A DNA stretch of 64,000 nt, taken from the NCBI GenBank assembly GCA_045605805.1, contig JAZUQR010000008.1:1-64000 (forward strand). The letters run 5' to 3'. This DNA comes from Alphaproteobacteria bacterium (GTDB lineage: Bacteria > Pseudomonadota > Alphaproteobacteria > CAAHEQ01 > UBA3637). The position numbers and the translations under genes were made by a program. The notes below the pieces were generated by a model that was given only the letters and a program-made list of their open reading frames with translations, ran no database searches and was not told the origin of the DNA. Shown in pieces: positions 10,945 to 20,484 of this stretch (position 1 is its first letter; each line of letters starts with the position of its first letter).

Positions 10945-11659
10945 ACAATGTAAAGATTGGAAACATTTTGCTGACAGAGATCCAAAACGAGGCATTAAAT
11001 ACTTGGTGGTGCATTGCTTTGCTTTGGAAGTGCCGGAAATGATTAAAGTGTGTCATGAGTTGGGAGTTGGGCCGCATTATATTATTGATACAAATGGAAA
11101 AATTATTCAATTGGTGCCAGAGGACAAGGTTGCTTGGCATGCCGGAAAAAGCCATTGGCGGGGCGAAGACAGTTTGAATGGTTCTTCTATAGGAATTGAA
11201 TTACAAAATATGTCGCTTGGGCAGACAGAATATCCCAAAGCTCAGATGGATGCTTTTGTGACTTTGGCAAAGGATATTATGAAACGTCATCACATTAAAC
11301 CCGACAATGTTGTGGGACACTCTGATGTGGCGGTGGTTCGCAAAGTTGACCCTAATACGGCTTTTCCATGGCAGGAGATGGCAGGCGAAAAAATTGGTTT
11401 ATGGCCAACACAAGAGGCGATTATTTCCCGTAAGCGCAGCAGAACTTTGTTGCGTGAAATCGGATATGATGTGCAAGATATAGATGCGGCTTTATATGCT
11501 TTTATGCGGCGTTTTATGCCCGAACGGGTGGCACCAGAAACAGATATTTCTCATGCAGAAGAAAACTTGCCCTCAGCCGTGCAAAAGAATGCGAAGATGG
11601 ATAAAAAAGTGCGTCAACGTTTGGTTCAGGTGGCGGCTTTATATGCCAAAAAACGATAA
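10934..11659 (+). CDS. N-acetylmuramoyl-L-alanine amidase (AmpD/AmiD-like)
   Basis: VVH, AWHAG.S.W, SIGIEL, GHSDVA..RK.DP. Confidence 0.9.
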   Translation: MKIEQCKDWKHFADRDPKRGIKYLVVHCFALEVPEMIKVCHELGVGPHYIIDTNGKIIQLVPEDKVAWHAGKSHWRGEDSLNGSSIGIELQNMSLGQTEYPKAQMDAFVTLAKDIMKRHHIKPDNVVGHSDVAVVRKVDPNTAFPWQEMAGEKIGLWPTQEAIISRKRSRTLLREIGYDVQDIDAALYAFMRRFMPERVAPETDISHAEENLPSAVQKNAKMDKKVRQRLVQVAALYAKKR

Positions 11660-11738
11660 ATGTTGCTTTTTTCTTGCATTTCATCTTTTTTGTTTTATCT
11701 TATATATTGTCTATGATTGTTCAAGCAAGGAGGTTTAT

Positions 11739-12098
11739 ATGATGAAAAAATTATTGTTATGTGGGGCTGTTATTTTTATGACAACTTGTGCTGTGGCTCA
11801 ATTTGTTTCAGATGGCGGTTTTAAGGATTTAAGTGGCAACATTCAGACGGTGGCCTCTTTGAAAGATTTGCCAGATGATTCCTATGTTGTTTTGAATGGA
11901 CATATTGAAAAACGCTTTTCAAAAGAGGATTATTTGTTTGTGGATGGTACAGGTTCTATTCGGGTAGAAATTGATGATGATGAATGGCGTGGTGTGACGG
12001 TGACGCCCAATGATGTGGTGGAAATTGCCGGTGAGTTAGATAAAGGTATTTTTGCAGATGAAATTGATGTTCATTCGGTGAAAAAAGTTGTGCCGTAA
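11739..12098 (+). CDS. YgiW/YdeI bacterial OB-fold (BOF) stress protein
   Basis: RBS AGGAGG, signal peptide, YLFVDGTGSIRVEIDDD. Confidence 0.88.
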   Translation: MMKKLLLCGAVIFMTTCAVAQFVSDGGFKDLSGNIQTVASLKDLPDDSYVVLNGHIEKRFSKEDYLFVDGTGSIRVEIDDDEWRGVTVTPNDVVEIAGELDKGIFADEIDVHSVKKVVP

Positions 12099-12255
12099 AC
12101 ATACTTTTTATGTTTTTAATATAAAAAAAAGCCCTGAAAAAAAACAGGGCTTTTTTGTTGCAAAATACGACCAGTATCATTTTTTGAAAAAAAGTCTTGA
12201 CATACAATTGTCTTTATGAATATCATGATATTATATGATGTAGTGAGGAGGCTTT

Positions 12256-12711
12256 ATGAAATCAAAAGTATTTTTGTTGGTATGCATTTTTGCTTTGGTT
12301 GGATGCTCGTCAATGCCTGAAAAAGCTCCTGGTTGTTCGGGCAGTTTGTTGCGCAGTTGTAATCCGGTTGTCTATTTTGATCGGCAGAGTGTGCGTTTGA
12401 CATGGGATACTGTAGCAGACTTGGATTGGGCTGCTGCAAAATTACGTCGTTGGCCGTCAAAATATATAAAATTGGTTGGACATACTGATTTTGGGGGTAG
12501 GCCAGATAAAAATTTGATTTTATCCAAAGCACGGGCATTGGTTGTGAAGAAATATCTTGCGCAAGCCGGTGTGAATCCGGATCATATCATTGTGGAGTTT
12601 AAGGGGGAAATGGAACCTGTTTGTCACAAGGCATCTTGTAGAAACTTAAATCGTCGGCTGGAAGGAAAGATTTATTCTTCCCATGGCGGTTGGTTTGGTG
12701 ATGAAAAATAA
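12256..12711 (+). CDS. OmpA-family lipoprotein
   Basis: Lipobox LVGC, GHTD..G....N..LS..RA, NRR. Confidence 0.88.
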   Translation: MKSKVFLLVCIFALVGCSSMPEKAPGCSGSLLRSCNPVVYFDRQSVRLTWDTVADLDWAAAKLRRWPSKYIKLVGHTDFGGRPDKNLILSKARALVVKKYLAQAGVNPDHIIVEFKGEMEPVCHKASCRNLNRRLEGKIYSSHGGWFGDEK

Positions 12712-12727
12712 ATAAAAGGAGGAAAAT

Positions 12728-14128
12728 ATGATTGTGAAATTATCAAAAACAGCTTTGCGTGAATTAAGTCGGTTATATCGGATGGTTCTGATTGCCGGTC
12801 TGTGTGTCACCACAATGGGGGCAACTTCGGCAATGGCAGCCATTACAGATACTGATTTAGCGACCTATACCATACAGCCTGCAACGAATGAAACAACAAA
12901 AACAATTGCAACGGTTGATGCTGTAACGGAAGAAATTGGCGAATTGATTGCAGAAAAAGAAGCAAATATTTCTGCTACTTTGGGGTTTAATATCGCAAAC
13001 AATCCTGCAAATACAGAGGCACCGAATTCTTTAATCAACAAATTAAACGGGGCCATAGTTGGTGAACAAACCACTGTGGTTGGTGCTATCAATGCTTTAG
13101 ATACTGCGATTACAGACGTGGATGCAGAGTTGGCCACAAAGGCAGACGCTAGTGCTGTTTATACTAAAACGCAAGTGGATACAGAGTTGAACAAAAAGGC
13201 AAACGCTGATGCTGTTTATACAAAAACGGAAGTGGATACAGAGTTGAACAAAAAGGCAGACGCTAGTGCTGTTTATACAAAAACGGAAGTGGATACAGAG
13301 TTGAACAAAAAGGCAAATGCTGATACTGTTTATACAAAAACGGAAGTGGATACAGAGTTGAACAAAAAAGCAAATGCTGATGATGTTTATACTAAAAGCG
13401 AAGTTTATAATCAAAATGAAGTGGATACAAAGTTGGACACAAAGGCAAATGCTGCTGATGTGGATGAAGCGAAACAAGACATTGTTAGCAATACGAATAA
13501 TATTCAGACTAATACAGAAGCGATTCAAGACTTAAATGAAGATGTTGGTGATGTTTCCACTATCAATGAAGGGAATGCATTAATGAACGGTACAAATACA
13601 AAACCCACAACCGTTGTGCAAGCCTTAAACAATATTGATGCAACATTGGGCACTATTCATGGTTTGCGGGATAAATTAGCGGACGAAGATGCGGGTACCA
13701 ATTTGGCCGAAGGAACTACGGTAGAGCAACATTTAACTTCTTTGGATGCGGCAATTGGTAATCGTTCCTATACAAGTATCAACTATATTGACTCGGGCAG
13801 TGATTTAGCCTCTGCGGTGAGTGCCTTAGACAGCAACTTGGGCCGTGTTGAAGGAAAACTGGATGCTTTGACAAATCGTACAAACAAGATGCACAAGGAA
13901 ATGAAATCTGGATTTGCAAGCTTGGCTGCTTTGTCGGCATTAGTGCCAAATGCCAGAGTAGCAGGGGATACTCAAATCTCTGTTGGTACAGGACATTATC
14001 GTGGTGAAACAGGCTTTGCTTTGGGTGCTTTCCATCATATCAACGATAGTGTGTTGTTGAATGCTGGCGCTGCTTATGGTGGCAATGGTTCTGCAACATT
14101 TAAGGGCGGTATCACCTTCGGGTGGTAA
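12728..14128 (+). CDS. YadA-like trimeric autotransporter adhesin
   Basis: Coiled stalk and C-terminal YadA anchor (GFASLAAL...SVGTGHYRG...GITFGW). Confidence 0.88.
   Translation: MIVKLSKTALRELSRLYRMVLIAGLCVTTMGATSAMAAITDTDLATYTIQPATNETTKTIATVDAVTEEIGELIAEKEANISATLGFNIANNPANTEAPNSLINKLNGAIVGEQTTVVGAINALDTAITDVDAELATKADASAVYTKTQVDTELNKKANADAVYTKTEVDTELNKKADASAVYTKTEVDTELNKKANADTVYTKTEVDTELNKKANADDVYTKSEVYNQNEVDTKLDTKANAADVDEAKQDIVSNTNNIQTNTEAIQDLNEDVGDVSTINEGNALMNGTNTKPTTVVQALNNIDATLGTIHGLRDKLADEDAGTNLAEGTTVEQHLTSLDAAIGNRSYTSINYIDSGSDLASAVSALDSNLGRVEGKLDALTNRTNKMHKEMKSGFASLAALSALVPNARVAGDTQISVGTGHYRGETGFALGAFHHINDSVLLNAGAAYGGNGSATFKGGITFGW
13118..13402 (+). repeat. five tandem 57-bp (19-aa) repeats VDTELNKKA(D/N)AxxVYTKTE in the adhesin stalk
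   Basis: Directly visible at DNA and protein level; a degenerate sixth unit follows. Confidence 0.92.
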
Positions 14129-14161
14129 AATCTGAATACAGCGGGTTTATGCACCTATTAG

Positions 14162-14189
14162 AAAAGACCGCCCAAATGGACGGTCTTTT
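14162..14189 (+). terminator. intrinsic terminator, probably bidirectional
   Basis: AAAAGACCG...CGGTCTTTT after the adhesin stop. Confidence 0.7.
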
Positions 14190-14204
14190 GTTATTGCTTG
14201 GGGC

Positions 14205-14354
14205 GGCGGGATTTATTCGGCTGATGCCTCACCCTTCGGACCGCCTGACGGCGTTGCCTTTGTTGAAACTTCGGCCGAACCCAGTGGCTTCATTCACCCA
14301 CACACTCTACCAACAAAAAAAGCCCCAATAAACGGGACTTTTTCGTTGGTCGGA
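14205..14354. repeat. 150-bp direct repeat, copy 1
   Basis: Matches 15250-15399 with 4 mismatches by manual alignment. Confidence 0.92.
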
Positions 14355-14381
14355 ATCAGCTTACAAATTGCGAGTCCAACT

Positions 14382-15062
14382 TTAACGTTCCGAACCTCGT
14401 TTTGTTTTTGGATGTGTTTGGCGATATTCCTTTGCCATTGCGCGCTTTAATCTTTGGCGCAATCCAGATGGCGCCATTTCATTCAATGCGTCTAAAGCAT
14501 CCGAAGTTGTACGACGTTCAGCATCCCCTTTTTTATTTATTCTCTTGATAAGATTGTCATCTTTATCATAAAAAGAAGTGGATTTTAATTTCCCACCTTC
14601 AAATTTTTGCACCTTGTAAGAATCATCAGGTTCATACACTGTTTGTTTAAGTAAATTTGAATTTTCATCATAATAAGAAAACTCATTCCCTACTACGCTA
14701 AAAAGAAGACCTCCTAATTCTTTTATTTTTCCCCTCAACACAGCAAATCCATCTTCTGTTTTTAAAACCCCAAGTCCAGTTCCGTCATTTAATTTTGTGG
14801 CCATCCATTTTATATTACCATTTTCATCGTTTTGTACAGTATATCCTCCTTCACGTGGAGCATATCTACTTCGATAATATCTCTTATTTGGTGTTTTAGA
14901 ACTTTCAATAGAAAGGGAATTAAACAATTTTTTTAATTGCTCAGGAGATGCGGTTTCAAGTTTTTTCTCTATCTGTTCTGCATCCTTCACTGTATCCGCA
15001 AGTTGTTTCATGCGCTCTTCATAATTTTCCACAAATGTATCTGTCATTTTGCCACCTTTCAC
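14382..15062 (-). CDS. hypothetical protein between the 150-bp repeats, basic tail ending KRGSER
   Basis: AT-rich 226-aa ORF with short MORN/RHS-like beta repeats (YYDENSNL, FYDKDDNL); real start may be the second Met. Confidence 0.65.
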   Translation of the reverse strand: MKGGKMTDTFVENYEERMKQLADTVKDAEQIEKKLETASPEQLKKLFNSLSIESSKTPNKRYYRSRYAPREGGYTVQNDENGNIKWMATKLNDGTGLGVLKTEDGFAVLRGKIKELGGLLFSVVGNEFSYYDENSNLLKQTVYEPDDSYKVQKFEGGKLKSTSFYDKDDNLIKRINKKGDAERRTTSDALDALNEMAPSGLRQRLKRAMAKEYRQTHPKTKRGSER

Positions 15063-15249
15063 TAAAGTTATTCACGATCTGATTTTATCAAACAATCATC
15101 CTAATGTCAACGCATTTTGCAAGGAACAAGAAATTAAATTTTTAGGCCTATTTTCTGGGATTGACTTTTTTGCTTCCCAGACTGCCTATATTGATTTTAA
15201 AGGATTTTTTGGCTCAAGAGTTCGTAAATGGCTGAAAATGGCTGTTTTG

Positions 15250-15399
15250 GGCGGGATTTATTCGGCTGATGCCTCACCCTTCGGGCTGCCTGACGGCGTT
15301 GCCTTCGTTGAAACTTCGGCCGAACCCAGTGGCTTCATTCACCCACACACTCTACCAACAAAAAAAGCCCCGATAAACGGGACTTTTTCGTTGGTCGGA
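15250..15399. repeat. 150-bp direct repeat, copy 2
   Basis: Matches 14205-14354. Confidence 0.92.
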
Positions 15400-15411
15400 G
15401 CGGCGGGATTT
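15392..15411 (-). other. tRNA(Pro-like) 3'-end fragment, candidate att core
   Basis: Minus strand AAATCCCGCCGCTCCGACCA resembles the T-arm/acceptor/CCA end of tRNA-Pro and is followed by a hairpin with a T tract; no 5' half of a tRNA is present. Confidence 0.55.
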
Positions 15412-15836
15412 TGCTTTGGCTTTCAGCCTTCGCAGACCTTGAAAAATTTTGTGATACAAAACCGGCGTCTTTCCATCCGCCTTTTTTCAGCGGTTGAACC
15501 CACTTTCTTCGTGCCTTCAAACCCGCTACACTTCGGCTAAATCAAAAAAAAAGGCCACATTTCAAAATGTGGCCTTTTCTGATTTGGTCGGGTTGACCCC
15601 CTCTAAATTAGAAAACGGATACCACCCGAAATACTTATAAAATACTTATAGCAGAAAAAGGCAGAAAACACAAGGCCTTTTTTGCGTTTTTTTACAAAAA
15701 ATTTATCAAAGCGGGCAGACCTTCTAATCCACACTGTAGGGGTTGAGTTTTTGATACTGCCCGCTTTGTTTGAAGTCAATTTTTTCATTTAATTACAATG
15801 AGATATACTGCCCGCTTCGTATGGGCAAAAAATTTT

Positions 15837-15883
15837 TTTATTTTGGGTGGGATTTTTTTTCGATGTCCGGGGTTTTTACCTTT
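15837..15883 (+). promoter_or_regulatory. 47-bp conserved upstream element, copy 1 (candidate phage-sigma promoter)
   Basis: Matches 18854-18900 with 2 mismatches; both copies directly precede an RBS and operon start. Confidence 0.65.
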
Positions 15884-15899
15884 CGAAAGGAGGTCAAAA

Positions 15900-16076
15900 A
15901 TGACCCAAGTAGAAAAATTAGTTAAAATAATCATGCCGGATTTGCTCCGGTACCTTGAAATGGTAGAAAGTGGCGAAATTATTCAGAAAAGACTGGATAA
16001 AAGAAAAAATCCAAGCATTCATTGTGACGATGAACAAGAATTGGAAATCGACGGAGGCTCACAATGCAATCAATAG
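15900..16076 (+). CDS. small hypothetical protein
   Basis: AGGAGG RBS then MTQVEK; overlaps the next gene. Confidence 0.55.
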   Translation: MTQVEKLVKIIMPDLLRYLEMVESGEIIQKRLDKRKNPSIHCDDEQELEIDGGSQCNQ

Positions 16077-16465
16077 CGGTTCAAATAGCATTACTTCAAC
16101 GTAAGTCTGTACTGGAACTACAAGAATTATGGAAAAAATACTTTAACGAACCAACAACCGTTCAAAGTAAAGAATATTTTATATCCCGAATAGCCTACCG
16201 CATTCAGGAACTAGCTTACGGAGGATTACCACGCGAGCAACAACAGCTAATTGCACAAATGTATGTGCCGCCTGAAATGCGCAAAAACCTTCCGCCGATA
16301 GGAACGCGGATCGTCCGTGAATATCATCAAGTCGAGCACTCAGTTACTATTTTGAATGACGGCTTTGAATACAATGGAATGAAGTTTCCAACTCTGTCAG
16401 CCATAGCAAAGAAAATTACCGGAAAGAAAATATCCGGGAGACATTTTTTTGGAATAGATAAATAA
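16064..16465 (+). CDS. DUF2924 domain protein (recombinase-associated)
   Basis: IAYRIQELAYGGL...GTRIVREY...LSAIAKKITG. Confidence 0.85.
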   Translation: MQSIAVQIALLQRKSVLELQELWKKYFNEPTTVQSKEYFISRIAYRIQELAYGGLPREQQQLIAQMYVPPEMRKNLPPIGTRIVREYHQVEHSVTILNDGFEYNGMKFPTLSAIAKKITGKKISGRHFFGIDK

Positions 16466-16476
16466 AAGGAGCAACC

Positions 16477-18186
16477 ATGGAACAAAAACAAATTAGATGC
16501 GCGATTTATACAAGAAAGTCAACAGATGAAGGGCTTGAAAAAGAATTTAATACCTTGGAAGCCCAACGCGAGGCTGGAGAAAATTACATCAGAAGCATGA
16601 AACATCAAGGTTGGATAGCTCTGCCGGATCATTATGATGATGGAGGTTTCAGCGGTGGTAATCTTAAAAGGCCTGCATTAAAGCAATTGCTTTCAGATGT
16701 GGAAAAAGGCAAAGTGGACATGATTGTCGTATATAAAATTGACCGATTAACGCGTTCACTTCTTGATTTTGCACAGCTCGTTCAGACGTTTGAAAAACAC
16801 CATTGTTCTTTTGTATCGGTGACACAGCACTTTAATACTTGTGATTCCATGGGCAAGTTAACATTAAACATCCTGTTGTCGTTTGCGCAATTTGAACGAG
16901 AACTTAGTGCTGAGCGTGTCCGAGATAAAATTGCGGCCAGTCGTAAAAAAGGTATGTGGACTGGCGGTTCCGTTCCGTTGGGATACGTTTTAAAGGATAA
17001 AAAATTAATTATAGATCCCGAAGAGGCAAAAATTATTCGGTTTGTTTTTGAAGATTATGTGCGCACTCGCTCCGAGCTTCACACAACACAAAACGTTATA
17101 GCTCGGGGATATAAACCTAAAGAAAGAAAATTAAAAGACGGAAGGTTTAGAAACAAAGAAGAATTTAATCATGCGATGGTAAATAAAATTCTTAACAACC
17201 CGCTCTATCTTGGAAAAATGCCTTATAAAGGTGAATTGTATGAAGGACAGCACGAAGCAATTATTTCACAAGAATTGTGGGATCGCACCAAAAACCTGAA
17301 AAATGAAAATACCGGAAATGCATTTCGTCCATCGCGCTCGGTTAAAAATAGTTTGTTAAAAGGATTGTTGGAGTGTGAATGTTGTGGCACGATGATACCA
17401 ACACGGTGTAAGCGAGGTAATAAATACTACGAGTATTATTCAACACTTAAGTCTGTAAAGGAAGGAGCAAAAAATCATCCGTGCAAAATAGGAAGCGTGC
17501 CGGCCGGTGAATTAGACACCTTTGTGTTAGAAAAAATACAACAGATATTTAAGTCTCCGGAAATAATGCGTGAGATGGCAAAACAACTTGAAGAGGCAAA
17601 TCCAAAATATTCTGCGAATGATGCATATAATCTGGCAAATAATATAGGTGAAGTATTCCAATATTTTGAACCTGCCACAGTCCATGACTTTATTGCCGAG
17701 GTTGTTGAAAAGGTAATTTTGCATCAAGATTTTATTGAAATAAAACTGAGACCTTACGGAGCAAACATATTTGAAAATCAGCTCACGGAAAATGATGAAT
17801 GTTATTGTAAAGAATGCATGATTCTAAAGTATCCTGTTAAATTTGGCAGGAAGCGCGGAAGCATGAAAATTGTTGAGCCTACAAATCCAACAAAAGATAC
17901 ACCGGCTCGTGATGAAAAACTCTATAATGCGATTACACAAGCATATTATCTAAAAAATGAAATGGAAACGAAAAAAATATCGTTGGCAGAACTATCACGC
18001 CGGGAGCATTGTGATCATACCTATATCGGCCAATTAATTAGGCTTACCACTTTGGCTCCGGATATCATCATGGCCATTATTGAAGGGCGACAACCAAAAC
18101 TTTTAACACTTCGCAGATTACTTCGTGAAAGGTTTCCATATTCATGGGATGAACAAAGACGAGAACTCGGTTTTGATCCCGCATAA
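16477..18186 (+). CDS. large serine recombinase (integrase) with C-terminal extension
   Basis: RCAIYTRKS catalytic Ser, YKIDRLTRS, zinc ribbon CECCG. Confidence 0.93.
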   Translation: MEQKQIRCAIYTRKSTDEGLEKEFNTLEAQREAGENYIRSMKHQGWIALPDHYDDGGFSGGNLKRPALKQLLSDVEKGKVDMIVVYKIDRLTRSLLDFAQLVQTFEKHHCSFVSVTQHFNTCDSMGKLTLNILLSFAQFERELSAERVRDKIAASRKKGMWTGGSVPLGYVLKDKKLIIDPEEAKIIRFVFEDYVRTRSELHTTQNVIARGYKPKERKLKDGRFRNKEEFNHAMVNKILNNPLYLGKMPYKGELYEGQHEAIISQELWDRTKNLKNENTGNAFRPSRSVKNSLLKGLLECECCGTMIPTRCKRGNKYYEYYSTLKSVKEGAKNHPCKIGSVPAGELDTFVLEKIQQIFKSPEIMREMAKQLEEANPKYSANDAYNLANNIGEVFQYFEPATVHDFIAEVVEKVILHQDFIEIKLRPYGANIFENQLTENDECYCKECMILKYPVKFGRKRGSMKIVEPTNPTKDTPARDEKLYNAITQAYYLKNEMETKKISLAELSRREHCDHTYIGQLIRLTTLAPDIIMAIIEGRQPKLLTLRRLLRERFPYSWDEQRRELGFDPA

Positions 18187-18338
18187 AATAATAAACAATT
18201 TACATTCTTTATATCTGTGTATGCGAAAAAAACATACACAGATATTATTTTTATTAAACTTTTCAAGGGTTTGTTGAAAGGAACTCAACTAATGTATATA
18301 TAGCCTTTTGTATAAATCATTAACAAAAGGTTAAAAAC

Positions 18339-18845
18339 ATGAACAAATATCTATTTGACGGTTTACCGCCTACGGTGGTAACCTACATAAAGGTACATCT
18401 ACGACATATGTATTCAACAGGGCTTTTTGATAGCCAAGAACGAGAGGACTTAATTCAAGATTTAGTCCTCTTTTATTTAGAGCGACATTATAACGAGAAA
18501 AATGTGCCGGACGGCCTGCTTTTTACAGCCTTCCGAACTAAGGCATCACACATCATTCGGACCCGACTGCGAGATATGCAATCGGGTCTTTTTACTACCG
18601 AATCATTAAATAGTATGTCAGAGGATGAAGGCTTTGAGCCTGAATCCTCTTTTTCTTTATCTGATCTAGAAAATTCTATTGCTCTTTCAGAACTAAAATC
18701 TTGCCTAAGTGAAAAACAGCAAGAATTTGTAGATATGATTTTTTCTGGAGTACCAGTTAATGAAGCAAAGACAAAACTAAAAGTTGGTCATGATGTGATG
18801 AGAAGAATTGAAAAACGCATTCAGAAAGAAAAATTAAAAAAATGA
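18339..18845 (+). CDS. phage-encoded sigma-70/ECF-like factor
   Basis: EREDLIQDL (region 2-like) and LSEKQQEFVDM...HTH (region 4-like). Confidence 0.62.
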   Translation: MNKYLFDGLPPTVVTYIKVHLRHMYSTGLFDSQEREDLIQDLVLFYLERHYNEKNVPDGLLFTAFRTKASHIIRTRLRDMQSGLFTTESLNSMSEDEGFEPESSFSLSDLENSIALSELKSCLSEKQQEFVDMIFSGVPVNEAKTKLKVGHDVMRRIEKRIQKEKLKK

Positions 18846-18853
18846 AAAAAAAA

Positions 18854-18900
18854 TTTATTTTAGGTGGGATTTTTTTTCGATGGCCGGGGTTTTTACCTTT
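18854..18900 (+). promoter_or_regulatory. 47-bp conserved upstream element, copy 2
   Basis: TTTATTTTrGGTGGGATTTTTTTTCGATGkCCGGGGTTTTTACCTTT shared with 15837-15883. Confidence 0.65.
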
Positions 18901-18929
18901 TGTATCAACCATAACAAAAGGAGAAAAAC

Positions 18930-19166
18930 ATGGTTAAAAAAACAAAAACTGTTTATGAAATCATTCAAACAATCCCGGTCGACAGCATGGTCGCTCTATC
19001 ATTTCCACAGCTACGTGACTTCGAAACGCGGCTGAAAGAGGAAGTTATTGGCCACACTCTGAAGCACAGAGAAAAGACGAAGGAATACCACCGCGCGGTT
19101 TTGGCTCTGCGCTGGGTACAAGGTGTTATCCGAATCAAGACGATGGATCAAGCAAAAGGAGTCTAA
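18930..19166 (+). CDS. hypothetical phage protein
   Basis: AGGAG RBS; in operon. Confidence 0.6.
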   Translation: MVKKTKTVYEIIQTIPVDSMVALSFPQLRDFETRLKEEVIGHTLKHREKTKEYHRAVLALRWVQGVIRIKTMDQAKGV

Positions 19167-19167
19167 C

Positions 19168-19869
19168 ATGGAAAAAAAGACGACTATTTTGCTAGATACC
19201 GCCGGCTTCTTGGCCGCTGTGCATAACTACAAGAAAAGTGAGATTGCAGATTTAATTGTTGCACTGTGTGAATTTAATTTATACGGATGCACTTCTGTAA
19301 AATTAACGGACATGAAAAAAATTCATTTCGATGCGATTCAAGAAATTATTGAATTGCGTAATTCGCGTTGGCTTAAAACCTGCGAAACTAATGCACAAAA
19401 TGCAAAAAAGCGAGGTGCAAGTCGCAAAGCGACCGCTGAGCGAAATGTCAGCGAACAACCTACACCAGCGCAAACCGACCGCACACAGGATAGAGATAAA
19501 GAGAACGATAGTGATCTAGATGAAGATAAAGAGTCCGATAATGATTTAAAAAATAAAAAAGATAGAAATAAAGAGCGGGAAAATGTGGATAAGTCACGAT
19601 ACGTTGGTGCTCCGACTGTAGAAGAAGTGGCGGTTTATTGTCAGGAAAGCGGATATACAATCGACCCGGTAGCGTTTGTGAATTGGAATACCGAGCGTGG
19701 CTGGATGAATGGCAAGAAATACATCGCGCTGGATTGGCGAAAAGCAGTTCGAAAATGGTTCTGCAAAGAAAACGGTTTGTCCTACTCCGAAATGGAGACC
19801 ATCTCGGACATCTGCCACGATGTACTTAGCAAAGTAAAGGGGGCGCAAGATGAAGCCAGTCACAATTGA
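19168..19869 (+). CDS. phage replication-organiser-like protein
   Basis: Charged linker and C-terminal PTVEEVAVYC...DPVAFVNW...GW...DWRKAVRKW. Confidence 0.65.
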   Translation: MEKKTTILLDTAGFLAAVHNYKKSEIADLIVALCEFNLYGCTSVKLTDMKKIHFDAIQEIIELRNSRWLKTCETNAQNAKKRGASRKATAERNVSEQPTPAQTDRTQDRDKENDSDLDEDKESDNDLKNKKDRNKERENVDKSRYVGAPTVEEVAVYCQESGYTIDPVAFVNWNTERGWMNGKKYIALDWRKAVRKWFCKENGLSYSEMETISDICHDVLSKVKGAQDEASHN

Positions 19870-20257
19870 ACAAATCAAGGCCGACTTGGAAACGGCCGCT
19901 TATGTGGAGCGGTTAATGCCGCCTGTGCAATTTCCTAAATATCGAGGATTTTGGCCAGAAGTGGTATATACTCCGCAAGAAATTGCGTTCATGGATCGCC
20001 GCCCGGTTCCACCGCACCCAACACAAGAGCAAATATCCATTTGGGAAAAGGTAGTTTTAGAATGGTTACCGGCACTTGAACCTGATGAAGTTCGGCTGGT
20101 TTGGAAACGAGCCAAACATATCCCATGGAAACTTTTATGTCGTGAGTTCGGCGCGGACCGCGTAACTATTTGGAGAAAATATGATCGAGCACTCTCAAAA
20201 ATACTCGTTTTATCCAAACAAAAAATGTTGCAACAAAAAAGTATGCAACATTTTTGA
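19850..20257 (+). CDS. DUF6362-like phage regulator (late activator/antiterminator position)
   Basis: LEWLPALEPDEVRLVWKRA..IPWK..C..FG..R.T.WR HTH pattern. Confidence 0.65.
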   Translation: MKPVTIEQIKADLETAAYVERLMPPVQFPKYRGFWPEVVYTPQEIAFMDRRPVPPHPTQEQISIWEKVVLEWLPALEPDEVRLVWKRAKHIPWKLLCREFGADRVTIWRKYDRALSKILVLSKQKMLQQKSMQHF

Positions 20258-20341
20258 AAAATTGTGCTATAAGAATTGGTATAATCGGGAGCGATTGTGT
20301 AAACAGGCACTTCCGGTTGTGTTTTTTGTTTCTGTGAACAT

Positions 20342-20371
20342 ACCCGCTGGCGGCAACCCAGCGGGTTTTTT
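20342..20371 (+). terminator. intrinsic terminator
   Basis: ACCCGCTGG...CCAGCGGGT-TTTTT. Confidence 0.75.
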
Positions 20372-20484
20372 GTTGAATTTTGTTTTTTAATCTGCCATAA
20401 TCAGAGCAACCTCTTCGGGTGATGAGGTGATGTGGATTTAGGCCAACTTGTCCTACTATAACGGACTAAACAGGAGAATAAATT

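Noticed and set aside
13118-13402. CRISPR array
   Set aside because: These are contiguous in-frame coding repeats with no unique spacers, and there are no cas genes
14190-15600. Intact tRNA gene, and the ORFs 14122-14331, 15049-15540 and 15335-15520
   Set aside because: Only tRNA 3'-end fragments are present; the ORFs run through non-coding repeats and hairpins and are probably spurious
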